NCBI RefSeq assembly: GCF_014280175.1
Contig: NZ_CP047931.1
Location: 300,001-332,000, forward strand
From: Synechococcus sp. A15-28
Lineage (GTDB): Bacteria; Cyanobacteriota; Cyanobacteriia; PCC-6307; Cyanobiaceae
Direction: 5' to 3'
DNA: 32,000 nt
Of this stretch, positions 18,641-26,501 are shown one piece after another. Every line of letters begins with the position of its first letter. Position 1 is the first letter of the stretch. Made by a program: the position numbers and the translations under genes. The notes below the pieces were generated by a model. That model did not search any database and was not told the DNA's origin. It saw only the letters and a list, made by a program, of their open reading frames with translations.

Positions 18641-19018
18641 CTAATTGAGCCACTGCGACGGGATCTCTGGCCCAATTGAGTATGGGAAGCCGTGCCTCTT
18701 CGCCCACATCGAGAAGGTGGTGGAGCTGTTCTTGGCGATGGGTCGGTCGTTATAAAACAAGAAGCGCAGATCTAAGTCCTCGTTCTGCTCAGATGCCTTT
18801 TGATATTTGGCTCTATCTTCTGCACTCATCGAGCCACCTTTGCACTCAACATAGAAGTCTTGACCTTCAACTCTGAAGTCTGGCGTGTAGTGATGGTGGC
18901 TGACATAGTGAGTTCTTTTTGGCTCGTAATCGAAACAATGCCCATTCTCGACCAGGTTCTCTGCAACCAGATATTCGAACTTGCTTCTAAAGCCGTTCCA
19001 AGCTTGTAAAGATGACAC
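18641..19018 (-). CDS. T7-type endonuclease I (Holliday-junction-resolving nuclease)
   Basis: WNGFRSKFEYLVAENL, HYTPDFRVEGQDFYVECKGGSM, LRFLFYNDR, MWAKRHGFPYSIGPEIPSQWL; positions equivalent to T7 endo I catalytic E, D, E, K are all present. Confidence 0.88.
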   Translation of the reverse strand: MSSLQAWNGFRSKFEYLVAENLVENGHCFDYEPKRTHYVSHHHYTPDFRVEGQDFYVECKGGSMSAEDRAKYQKASEQNEDLDLRFLFYNDRPIAKNSSTTFSMWAKRHGFPYSIGPEIPSQWLN

Positions 19019-19219
19019 TGTAACTGCGCTTGACTAAGTTAAATATAGCGCAAGAATGCAGTCACAGGAACGGATAAAAGGCGAGCAGGAAGTCTATCTA
19101 GACCAGTAATAAGGCAGAAAGAGCTTGTTTGTATGTATTTTTAATTGCACGTAGGCATTTGACTGCATGTAGCTTAGAGCAGAGTTAAAGCAACTCATAC
19201 GAAGGAGAGACCTCAAATA

Positions 19220-19528
19220 TCTCAATCTCAACCTCAACCTTTTTTCGTGTATGGATATTTTCATGCCTGTGGCACTGATTTAACGCTCCAATCAGGTTCT
19301 TTTCCCCCTTTCCTCTCTTTAACTTCTTTTACTTAAAAAGGTTGATCAGGTTAAGACAGATGGGCTGAAGTGCTGTCATGCCAATGGATCAAGAGCATCT
19401 CAACCTAGTGTCTCAACCTCGCCTCAACCTCAACTAAAAAGGCATCAAACGGGTCCAACGGTGGAAGGGAAGCATCTCAACCTTCAGCAATCACGCAGGT
19501 TGAGATGGAGGTTAAGCAGGAGGTTAAG
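19220..19528. repeat. Iteron-like cluster of CTCAACCT / AGGTT(G/A)AG motifs; candidate replication origin
   Basis: CTCAACCT at 19227, 19233, 19399, 19412, 19423, 19476 (plus partials at 19220 and 19429); AGGTTGAT at 19339 and AGGTTAAG at 19348; AGGTT(G/A)AG at 19497, 19509, 19521 (exact 12-bp period). Confidence 0.65.
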
Positions 19529-19536
19529 AGCGGCAT

Positions 19537-21006
19537 TCATTCTGATTGGTGCCAGTAATAACCACGAACGCCATTGATTGTCTTCTGCTGGTCATCTTTG
19601 CGGAAACCCTTTGCTTGCAACAAGGCGGCCATACGCATTTCTTCCCTTCGTCCTAGCTTCTCTTCCCAGCCGTCAAACCCGACGCCCCTCAATGCATCCA
19701 GGGTAGTGAAATATTCATGAGGTTCCTTATCAATAACACCATATTCATTCATACCTAACAACCATTTATCGAGCCATTTATCGAGCTTCGCACTCCACAT
19801 ATCTTCAGGCAAGTAGCCTTTGTTTTGTTGGTTAGATAGCTCTTGATTCTCTAACGAAAGCATGGGCTTTTCACCAGCACGATAGGCGAGAATTGCAGCC
19901 TTCCAGATGCGATCTCTGTCTCGAGCTACAAGTTCAACAGGGATAAATTCTTGTTTCTGGGCCTTCTGCGGAAGCGAGAGTACTTGGAAGCGTCTGTTCC
20001 CGCTTGGATCTCTTAAAAAGTCATCTCCATTGACGCTCGAAACCATAATGCTGCGGCGATTATCACGCTCAATGTTTCGTCCATAGGGTTTCTTGATCAT
20101 GTCCGATGCAGTAGTGATCAGGGCTTTTAATTCGCCCACACCTTTCTTGCTGGTGATGTTTTCAAGCTCTGCAAGTTCAAAGATCCAACAGCTGTGCATA
20201 TTCATGATCATCTCTTTGTTGTCCTTTGGCGTTGAATCGCAGAACCACAACGGGCTGCACAATATTTTCCAGAATGTAGATTTTCGGATGCCCTGATCAC
20301 CTTTGAGAACCACAACAGTGTCAAACTGGCATCCAGGCTCAAACCGCCTTGCAACTGCACCCAGTAATGCCACCTTCATCATCTGATCACTCAGATTCGA
20401 TTCAGTATTTAGGTAATTAGTCGCAATTTTATTTATATCGACAGGCTCTACATCATCTGCTTTCTCCAGATATTGCAAATAATCGAGTACTGGGTCATAG
20501 CGATGCTTCTGAGCAACTCTGAGCAGACCATCACACCATGGCTTTTGTTCGAAGTTCCAGCCTTGCTGCTGCATATCTGCATAAGAGACCAGAGTTTCAT
20601 CTTCTGGAAGTGCAACGCCACCGAACTCATAAACACGCGCCAATTCATTCAGCTTGAGATGGCTGCCTACGTACTTCTCCAGCAGGGTTATGACCGCACC
20701 AGCGTTCAACCGTGGAGCAGGTCTCTGTTCACCGTTTTCATCCAGCTCCTGGGGGAACAAACCGACCGTCTTGATTAACCCAGACAGCCCACCACTTTCT
20801 GGTGCTGCTATTGCCCTGACTGGTTCGCTGTAGCCGTTTTTCTTGGCCTCCTTGATCAGAGTTCCAATTCCGACGCCTTCACCCGGCGCCTTCTCGCTGA
20901 AGCTGTCCCACTTCTGCACAAACTCCGATTCATCGAAGTTGCTCATTGGCCTGCTCCACTCAACCCAGTCATTGAGCAGACCTTCGTCAACGCTGTGCAG
21001 CGCCAT
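19537..21006 (-). CDS. VapE/VirE-family P-loop helicase-like protein (satellite/phage replication)
   Basis: VVVLKGDQGIRKSTFWKILCSPLWF (Walker A), WIFELAELENITSKKGVGELKALITTASDMIKKPYGRN, RRSIMVSSVNGDDFLRDPSGNRRFQVL; N-terminus reads as the end of a PriCT-type domain. Confidence 0.85.
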   Translation of the reverse strand: MALHSVDEGLLNDWVEWSRPMSNFDESEFVQKWDSFSEKAPGEGVGIGTLIKEAKKNGYSEPVRAIAAPESGGLSGLIKTVGLFPQELDENGEQRPAPRLNAGAVITLLEKYVGSHLKLNELARVYEFGGVALPEDETLVSYADMQQQGWNFEQKPWCDGLLRVAQKHRYDPVLDYLQYLEKADDVEPVDINKIATNYLNTESNLSDQMMKVALLGAVARRFEPGCQFDTVVVLKGDQGIRKSTFWKILCSPLWFCDSTPKDNKEMIMNMHSCWIFELAELENITSKKGVGELKALITTASDMIKKPYGRNIERDNRRSIMVSSVNGDDFLRDPSGNRRFQVLSLPQKAQKQEFIPVELVARDRDRIWKAAILAYRAGEKPMLSLENQELSNQQNKGYLPEDMWSAKLDKWLDKWLLGMNEYGVIDKEPHEYFTTLDALRGVGFDGWEEKLGRREEMRMAALLQAKGFRKDDQQKTINGVRGYYWHQSE

Positions 21007-21054
21007 CCCAACCTTGAGCCAGTTGTCGTAGTCCTCAAAGTCAGCTGGAGAGAG

Positions 21055-21792
21055 TTACTTCAGAGCAGCAAGCGCCTTTTGTCTGTTGTGTTCTTGTTCT
21101 GCGTCTGAAAGATCTTTCTGAGGCTTAGGGCAGTTCTTAGGCAGATAAGAGTCAGTCTCCAAGAGAGCTTCCAACAACCACTCATGAGCTTCTGCAACGT
21201 CCACCTCTTGTGGTGAGCAGCCCTTTACCCAGCGGTAGCCACCTGTTTCTGGATGCTTTCCAGCAATGACGCTTTGCAGATTTGATCCTTGAGCGGGAAA
21301 GCGGGCCTCAAAAACTATGGATCCGCCTTGCCTCCACTGCCTGTGTCTGAGCTTGTCCCGCCACGCAGATGGAACTGAGAAAGCAATCTGACGCCGGTCT
21401 GGTTTTCCGCTGGTCCAAGCGAGGGAGGAAGGTAAATCAGAGGAGGGTCGCCCGAACAGACGCAGGAATTCCTCTTCTGAACCTGGACCGTCAAAGTCAA
21501 TCGCACCAACCCCTAAAGATCTTTCACCGAGGATCAATCCAACGGCTTTTGGTTGCATCTGTTGAATCTGTTCTGCCGTATATCCCTCGAATCCTTTCCA
21601 CTTCAGTTCACTGTTGGTTTTGTAGTCCCATGGAACTTTGTTGTCATCGACTGGGAGATAGCGCCATTCTTTTGGACAGGCACTTAGATCTTCATACTGG
21701 TTGCTATGACAGGTTTTGTCTGCCTGTTCTGGATATAATGAGGCAGGGGAATCCGCCTGCTGATTAGCTTCAAACATTTTTAATTTAAGCAA
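21055..21792 (-). CDS. Bifunctional primase/polymerase (PrimPol/archaeo-eukaryotic primase) N-terminal domain protein
   Basis: VGLILGERSLGVGAIDFDGPGS, LAWTSGKPDRRQIAFSVP, GSIVFEARFPAQGSNLQSVIAGKHPETGGYRWVKG. Confidence 0.82.
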   Translation of the reverse strand: MLKLKMFEANQQADSPASLYPEQADKTCHSNQYEDLSACPKEWRYLPVDDNKVPWDYKTNSELKWKGFEGYTAEQIQQMQPKAVGLILGERSLGVGAIDFDGPGSEEEFLRLFGRPSSDLPSSLAWTSGKPDRRQIAFSVPSAWRDKLRHRQWRQGGSIVFEARFPAQGSNLQSVIAGKHPETGGYRWVKGCSPQEVDVAEAHEWLLEALLETDSYLPKNCPKPQKDLSDAEQEHNRQKALAALK

Positions 21793-21828
21793 GATTACTG
21801 GTGCAGCTGTTGACGCAGCTGTGCTTTT

Positions 21829-22011
21829 TTATTTGTGGAGTTGAAGGGGCAAGTGTTCAATTGCGATCTGACGAACCAGTCCGCTCAACGTTGTTTCGCG
21901 CGATTGAGCTCTGCGGTGTAGCTCATCACGAAATTGTCTTGAACAGCGGATTTTGATGTCAGATTCCTGCAAACAGGAGATGTATCCAGGTGCCATGAAT
22001 AATCGTTTCAT
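21829..22011 (-). CDS. Small ribbon-helix-helix-like regulator
   Basis: IKIRCSRQFRDELHRRAQSRETTLSGLVRQIAIEHL pattern; 60 aa. Confidence 0.5.
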   Translation of the reverse strand: MKRLFMAPGYISCLQESDIKIRCSRQFRDELHRRAQSRETTLSGLVRQIAIEHLPLQLHK

Positions 22012-22061
22012 TCATATCTTCAACGTACCGCACAAATTCCCTATCTGTTTGAGTTTCTTGC

Positions 22062-22388
22062 TCATAATGAACCTCCACAATTCAGCTTGTACGACTCAAA
22101 ATCTTTCACGGCCTTTGCCGCGTGATAGTGCCTACGCACTCCCGATTTTGTTGGTTTCTCCCTGATGGATTCTGCTTTAAAGACTCCCATCTTCGCTAGT
22201 CGGCAGATGTGATCAGGGTGTTTCCCAACCAGCTGCCCAAACTCTTTTGGAGATAGCCATTTAGTGGGAGAAGGGTATGTAATCGCCCGCCTAATCTCCT
22301 CAAGCTTTTTGGACTGTTCTTTCATATGGCTTTCTATCGAAGCCAGTGTCAAGTGAAATCCTTGACTGGATGTAGAGGGATTGTGCAT
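22062..22388 (-). CDS. HTH DNA-binding protein, excisionase/AlpA-like
   Basis: TKWLSPKEFGQLVGKHPDHICRLAKMGVFKAESIREKPTKSGVRRHYHAAKAV, a winged-HTH pattern; encoded directly upstream of the replication genes and downstream of the integrase. Confidence 0.6.
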   Translation of the reverse strand: MHNPSTSSQGFHLTLASIESHMKEQSKKLEEIRRAITYPSPTKWLSPKEFGQLVGKHPDHICRLAKMGVFKAESIREKPTKSGVRRHYHAAKAVKDFESYKLNCGGSL

Positions 22389-22657
22389 CCGTCGATATTT
22401 GTACTGAACCCTTCTTATCGGATGAAATCGTCTTCTGTTTGAGTTTTTCTAGGTTTTTGTGGCTGTGATGTTCTGCTCAGCTTTAGCGGTATAGAGCAAA
22501 AGCTAAAACTATGCCAGTTTTAACCAGTTATAATTGTCAAATTCCGTATGCGGTCTAGCTTCTTTGGTCTGAGGCACTGCATAGTGTGCAGGTGATCATG
22601 AAGATATTGAAGAAACTCTGGAGAAAATATTCGTACCATGTTGTCAGGAATCTCAGA

Positions 22658-23854
22658 TCAGTCGAGGATTATTAGCTTTGCGAGCACATCCTCTTCTTGC
22701 ATCGCTGTGATCTCTTGCAAGTAAGTATTTTCGTGCGTCTGCATTGAATGTCCCATAGCTCTGGCGGCTAGATAAGTGTCGAAACGTTTTAGTGCCGCTT
22801 GTATTCCCCAGTAATGCCTGACTCCAAGCTTGTTGTACTCAGGCCAAATCTTTCTAGCTGCTTTTGCGGCTTCACTGTCCCTCAGAAATGCTCTCCACCT
22901 GTTCTCGAAGCATTTCACTCTTGAACTGCTGCGTTGTGTGTTTTTCAGAGGCTTTAGAGCTTCAGTGTATTCATCAGGAGTTGTCCAGCGAAAGTCTCCA
23001 GGTATGTACACATTCGTGAGTTCATAGCGTTCAACCCACTTCATCGAGAGTGCAATGGCGGTTCTTGTGTTTTGAGGTCCACCTTCTCTCTTATCGATCG
23101 TTAAGCAGTCCGCAAGCTTCCCTCCCAGCTTTGGAACTAGGGATGCGGTTTCATTTACTCGGCAGCCGTATATCGCATGTGCTGCAGTGCACCAGCCCCA
23201 TTCAGTTCCTTGAAGTGCGTCTAGGAATGCTTGAAGCTGTTCCAAGCTTTCTGGAACGGCACGTTTTGGTGCTTTGTATTTTGCTTTGATTTCTAGAATT
23301 GCGGTTGTGTTTAAAGAGTTGGCCTTCGCGATTTGTAGAGCTGCGGATTTCTCTTTTTTTCTCCTGTTACTTCCTGCGGGCGCTCTCTCAACAAGTGCGA
23401 CCAAAAGTTCGCTGGTCAAGCTGGCGTTTTCGTAACCCTTCAACAGTCCTCGAACGGTGTAGCCCTTCCGGGTGAATCCATCGTTTGTATTTGGCTTCAG
23501 ATCGTGGTCGGCTCTCTCGCGCCTCTCCCACTCCGCAATGGCTTCTGAGCCGGTTAAGGGTGTGTTCTGTGCTTTGAGGGCTGTCTGACGTGCTTTAAGG
23601 GATGCTTTTGGGTCGCCTCCTGCCTTGATGACGATCCAGGCCTCTCGCGCCAGTTCCTTGGCTTCTTCGATGCCCGCGGAAGTGGCTTTGATCCCTAGCG
23701 CTATTCGTTGAGACTTTCTCTCTTGCCCAATAGAAGCCCAGGTTCCTCTTAGATAAAGAGTTCCGGTTTGTTCTGGTCGCTGGATCTTCAGTGGTATGCC
23801 GCCCATCGCCAAAAACTCATTGGCTTGCTTGATGGCTGAGTCAATGTTCGTCAT
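22658..23854 (-). CDS. Tyrosine recombinase (site-specific integrase)
   Basis: AIYGCRVNETASL (box I Arg), GVRHYWGIQAALKRFDTYLAARAMGHSMQTHENTY (box II with terminal Tyr); adjacent to attR. Confidence 0.9.
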   Translation of the reverse strand: MTNIDSAIKQANEFLAMGGIPLKIQRPEQTGTLYLRGTWASIGQERKSQRIALGIKATSAGIEEAKELAREAWIVIKAGGDPKASLKARQTALKAQNTPLTGSEAIAEWERRERADHDLKPNTNDGFTRKGYTVRGLLKGYENASLTSELLVALVERAPAGSNRRKKEKSAALQIAKANSLNTTAILEIKAKYKAPKRAVPESLEQLQAFLDALQGTEWGWCTAAHAIYGCRVNETASLVPKLGGKLADCLTIDKREGGPQNTRTAIALSMKWVERYELTNVYIPGDFRWTTPDEYTEALKPLKNTQRSSSRVKCFENRWRAFLRDSEAAKAARKIWPEYNKLGVRHYWGIQAALKRFDTYLAARAMGHSMQTHENTYLQEITAMQEEDVLAKLIILD

Positions 23855-23903
23855 CTAACTGCTCGCAGACCGTTGAAATCCTTAAGAACTTGCCTCGTGG
23901 GAC

Positions 23904-23922
23904 TTGCCAAAAACTTGCCAAA
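23904..23922 (+). promoter_or_regulatory. Candidate integrase arm-type sites, right end (TTGCCAAA x2)
   Basis: ACTTGCCAAAAACTTGCCAAAT closely matches left-end TTTGCCAAAATCTTGCCAAAT; both pairs are spaced 11 bp. Confidence 0.6.
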
Positions 23923-24052
23923 TCCGGGGGTGACATAACCCGATTTATCGGATCACTAGAGGACAGTCAACTCCACCGCCTCGCTTCGCTGAAACCCCAA
24001 ACAGGCTGGCCTTTCTAAGGTTTAAGTCGTATTCGACTATCATTCAGTTCAA

Positions 24053-24134
24053 GCCCACCTGGCGGAATTGGTAGACGCGCTGGTTTTAGGTACCAGTGGC
24101 CTTGGTCGTGGGGGTTCAAGTCCCCCGGTGGGCA
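24053..24134 (+). tRNA. tRNA-Leu(UAG), complete; right attachment site
   Basis: Acceptor GCCCACC/GGTGGGC, anticodon arm CTGGT-TTTAGGT-ACCAG, T-arm GGGGGTTCAAGTCCCCC, discriminator A. Confidence 0.95.
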
Positions 24135-24186
24135 TTCCTTTCTCTACCTTGGTTGCGGACTTTTCAGCTTCTGCCCTGATCGCCGG

Positions 24187-25218
24187 ATGACACAGAGCTC
24201 TGCTCTCCATCAGCAGCCTCGTCCGGTCCCTACGGGGTATCGATCAGTGCCGCGTGAATTCGTGGATCCACCCGCTGCCTGGAATCCCACCGTTGCGCTG
24301 TTCCTCGGTGGATATGTCCTGGCGGGCTTCACGATCTGGGGCTGGTTTCTGGGTGGCCTGCCGCTGCCGTTTCTTCTTTGCACGGGCTTTCTGGCCCTGC
24401 ATCTGGAAGGAACCGTGATCCATGACGCCTGCCACAACGCGGCGCATCCCAACCGCTGGATCAATCAGGCGATGGGACACGGTTCAGCCCTGCTGCTGGG
24501 TTTCAGCTTTCCGGTGTTCACCCGTGTGCACCTGGAGCATCACGCCCATGTGAACGATCCCAAGAACGATCCCGATCACATCGTCAGCACGTTCGGGCCC
24601 CTTTGGCTCATCGCGCCGCGCTTTTTCTATCACGAGTGGTTTTTCTTCCAGCGGAGGTTGTGGAAGCGCTGGGAACTCATGCAGTGGGGATTTGAGCGCA
24701 GCGTGTTTGTGGTGATTGTCCTGGCTGCCGCACGCTTTGAGTTTCTCCCCTTCATCTTCAATTGCTGGTTTGCCCCGGCTCTGATGGTGGGTGTGACCCT
24801 CGGGCTCTTCTTTGATTACCTGCCCCATCGCCCCTTCACATCCAGAAACCGCTGGACTAATGCCCGGATCTATCCGGGGCGTCTGATGAACTGGTTGATC
24901 ATGGGCCAGAACTATCACCTGGTTCATCACCTGTGGCCATCGATTCCCTGGTTTGAGTACAAGCCTGCCTACGAAGCCACCAAGCCTCTCCTTGATTCGA
25001 AGGGATCACCTCAGCGTCTGGGAATCTTCGAGACGCGTCGGGATGGATACAACTTCCTCTACGACATTCTTGTGGGCGTCCGCAGCCACAAACGTCGCCG
25101 CGGAAAGATGCGTCGTGCAGCGCGATTCATGCCGATGCGATCTCTTCAACGCCACTGGCTGGGATTTGTTGATCGCATTGCCATCAAAACCGAGCCAAGG
25201 CGACCGATCAATCGCTGA
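24187..25218 (+). CDS. crtR: Beta-carotene hydroxylase / fatty-acid-desaturase-family di-iron enzyme
   Basis: His boxes HDACHNAAH, HLEHHAHVNDPKNDPDH, NYHLVHHLWPSIPW. Confidence 0.85.
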   Translation: MTQSSALHQQPRPVPTGYRSVPREFVDPPAAWNPTVALFLGGYVLAGFTIWGWFLGGLPLPFLLCTGFLALHLEGTVIHDACHNAAHPNRWINQAMGHGSALLLGFSFPVFTRVHLEHHAHVNDPKNDPDHIVSTFGPLWLIAPRFFYHEWFFFQRRLWKRWELMQWGFERSVFVVIVLAAARFEFLPFIFNCWFAPALMVGVTLGLFFDYLPHRPFTSRNRWTNARIYPGRLMNWLIMGQNYHLVHHLWPSIPWFEYKPAYEATKPLLDSKGSPQRLGIFETRRDGYNFLYDILVGVRSHKRRRGKMRRAARFMPMRSLQRHWLGFVDRIAIKTEPRRPINR

Positions 25219-25222
25219 TTGA

Positions 25223-25516
25223 TCAATCCGCCAGGATTTTCGGCACCCGGAAGAAATCTCCCTCCCGCAACGGCGCCTGGTTGAGAATTTCCTCGCGGAC
25301 TGGCGTTGGGGTGACGCCATCTGCACGGGTCACGTTGGTCACCTCAACGGCACGGGTGGTTTCACGGACTCCCTCGGTGTCGATGCTTTCCAGCTGACCG
25401 ACATATTCGAGGATCGACTCGAGCTGACCGGTGTACGTGGCGATCTTCTCTTCGGGAAGATCAAGCCTTGCCAGCTTGGCCACCTTACGCACGTCATCGC
25501 TGGAGATCCGGCTCAT
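25223..25516 (-). CDS. gatC: Asp-tRNA(Asn)/Glu-tRNA(Gln) amidotransferase subunit C
   Basis: [18 protein letters not shown]...[12 protein letters not shown]...LREG. Confidence 0.92.
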   Translation of the reverse strand: MSRISSDDVRKVAKLARLDLPEEKIATYTGQLESILEYVGQLESIDTEGVRETTRAVEVTNVTRADGVTPTPVREEILNQAPLREGDFFRVPKILAD

Positions 25517-26301
25517 GCTTCGCTGAGGAAACTGCGGAGATCTTCGCTCAGCGCGGTGGCGGCTGTCTCGAGCAGCGCTGCACCGTGTTCCGCGGTGGCC
25601 AGTGACGGATGCGATCCCATGCGACCGTCCGGGTGACGCCGTCTGAAGTCATCAGGACTGTGGATGGGTCCCGCTGGTGCAGGATCCGGCAGGGGGCGCT
25701 GCTTGGTTTGAAGGCTTGGCTCCACTTTCAGGGTCACGGCGATCTCGCTCGGCGTGGCGTGGTGACCCTCTTTGTTGCCGTAAAGATCCCGGGCTTGCCG
25801 CATCACCGGTCCGGCCATGAACCAATTGGCCAGTCGGCAGCGCAGTTGCGGTGCTGCAGGCAGATCGCGGCTGGCGGCCGTGCCATAGGCCTGGGCGAAA
25901 GCGGCCTTGGTGGTGGCGATGTTGCCGCCATGGCCGTTGATCACGAACACCCGTTCAAAGCCGTGACGGGCAAGGGACAGCACCAGGTCGTGCATCACCG
26001 CCAGCAGGGTGGCCGGTTGCAGGCTCATGGTGCCGGCGAAGCCAAGGTGATGCTCGGCCATGCCGAAGGCCTGAGCAGGGGTCACCAACACCCCGGTGCG
26101 ACGCCCGACCTCCAGGGCCACGGCTTCCGCGGTCAGGGCATCCGTCCCGATGGCTCCTGTGGGACCGTGCTGTTCCGTTGATCCCAAGGGAACGATCACC
26201 CCTTTGCAGTGATCGAGATAGGTCTCGACCTCTGGCCAGCTGCGCAGGGCCAGGCGGATTGCTTCGGTGCTGTCGACGGGGCCGGGGAGGCTTGCAGTCA
26301 T
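25513..26301 (-). CDS. Creatininase family protein
   Basis: [35 protein letters not shown]-like [25 protein letters not shown]. Confidence 0.88.
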   Translation of the reverse strand: MTASLPGPVDSTEAIRLALRSWPEVETYLDHCKGVIVPLGSTEQHGPTGAIGTDALTAEAVALEVGRRTGVLVTPAQAFGMAEHHLGFAGTMSLQPATLLAVMHDLVLSLARHGFERVFVINGHGGNIATTKAAFAQAYGTAASRDLPAAPQLRCRLANWFMAGPVMRQARDLYGNKEGHHATPSEIAVTLKVEPSLQTKQRPLPDPAPAGPIHSPDDFRRRHPDGRMGSHPSLATAEHGAALLETAATALSEDLRSFLSEA

Positions 26302-26303
26302 GC

Positions 26304-26447
26304 TCAGTGGGCGGTGCCGTTGCCGTCGTATTTGTCAGTGTTGTAGTAGCCGCCGCGGGTCCCGAAGAACAGGCAGGCCAGGGGGAACAGAACGATGCTG
26401 CCCAGCAGCACGGTTCCCAGATTGAAGCCGGAGAGGGCCGCGTTCAT
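26304..26447 (-). CDS. Small conserved membrane protein (47 aa)
   Basis: MNAALSGFNLGTVLLGSIVLFPLACLFFGTRGGYYNTDKYDGNGTAH*; not in the supplied ORF track because of its length. Confidence 0.6.
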   Translation of the reverse strand: MNAALSGFNLGTVLLGSIVLFPLACLFFGTRGGYYNTDKYDGNGTAH

Positions 26448-26501
26448 GCAGTGCTTGATGGTGCACTCAGCTTGGCGGAACTGCAGCCAGCGTGCAGGGC
26501 A

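Larger units (their letters stand above)
13661..24098. mobile_element. ~10.4 kb tRNA-Leu-integrated element (integrase + PrimPol/VapE replication module; satellite-like or tycheposon-like)
   Basis: Perfect 46-bp direct repeats GCCCACCTGGCGGAATTGGTAGACGCGCTGGTTTTAGGTACCAGTG at 13661-13706 and 24053-24098; tyrosine recombinase beside the right repeat; obvious drop in GC inside; mobile-element gene content. Confidence 0.92.

Noticed and set aside
19081-19110. Short palindrome GTCTA-TC-TAGAC
   Set aside because: 12 bp only, isolated, with no partner sites or clear associated gene feature.
19220-19528. CRISPR array interpretation of the repeats between vapE and endo I
   Set aside because: Repeat units are only 8-11 bp with 4-60 bp irregular spacing and mixed orientation; no cas genes. 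The iteron interpretation fits better.
21315-21767. Plus-strand ORFs opposite the PrimPol gene
   Set aside because: Antisense frames; the minus strand carries recognisable primase/polymerase motifs.
13661-24098. Intact prophage
   Set aside because: No terminase, portal, capsid, tail or lysis genes; size and content fit a satellite/integrative element.
13661-24098. Restriction-modification or abortive-infection defence island
   Set aside because: No methyltransferase, toxin-antitoxin pair or recognised defence domain could be supported; only the endo I and protease are possible effectors.
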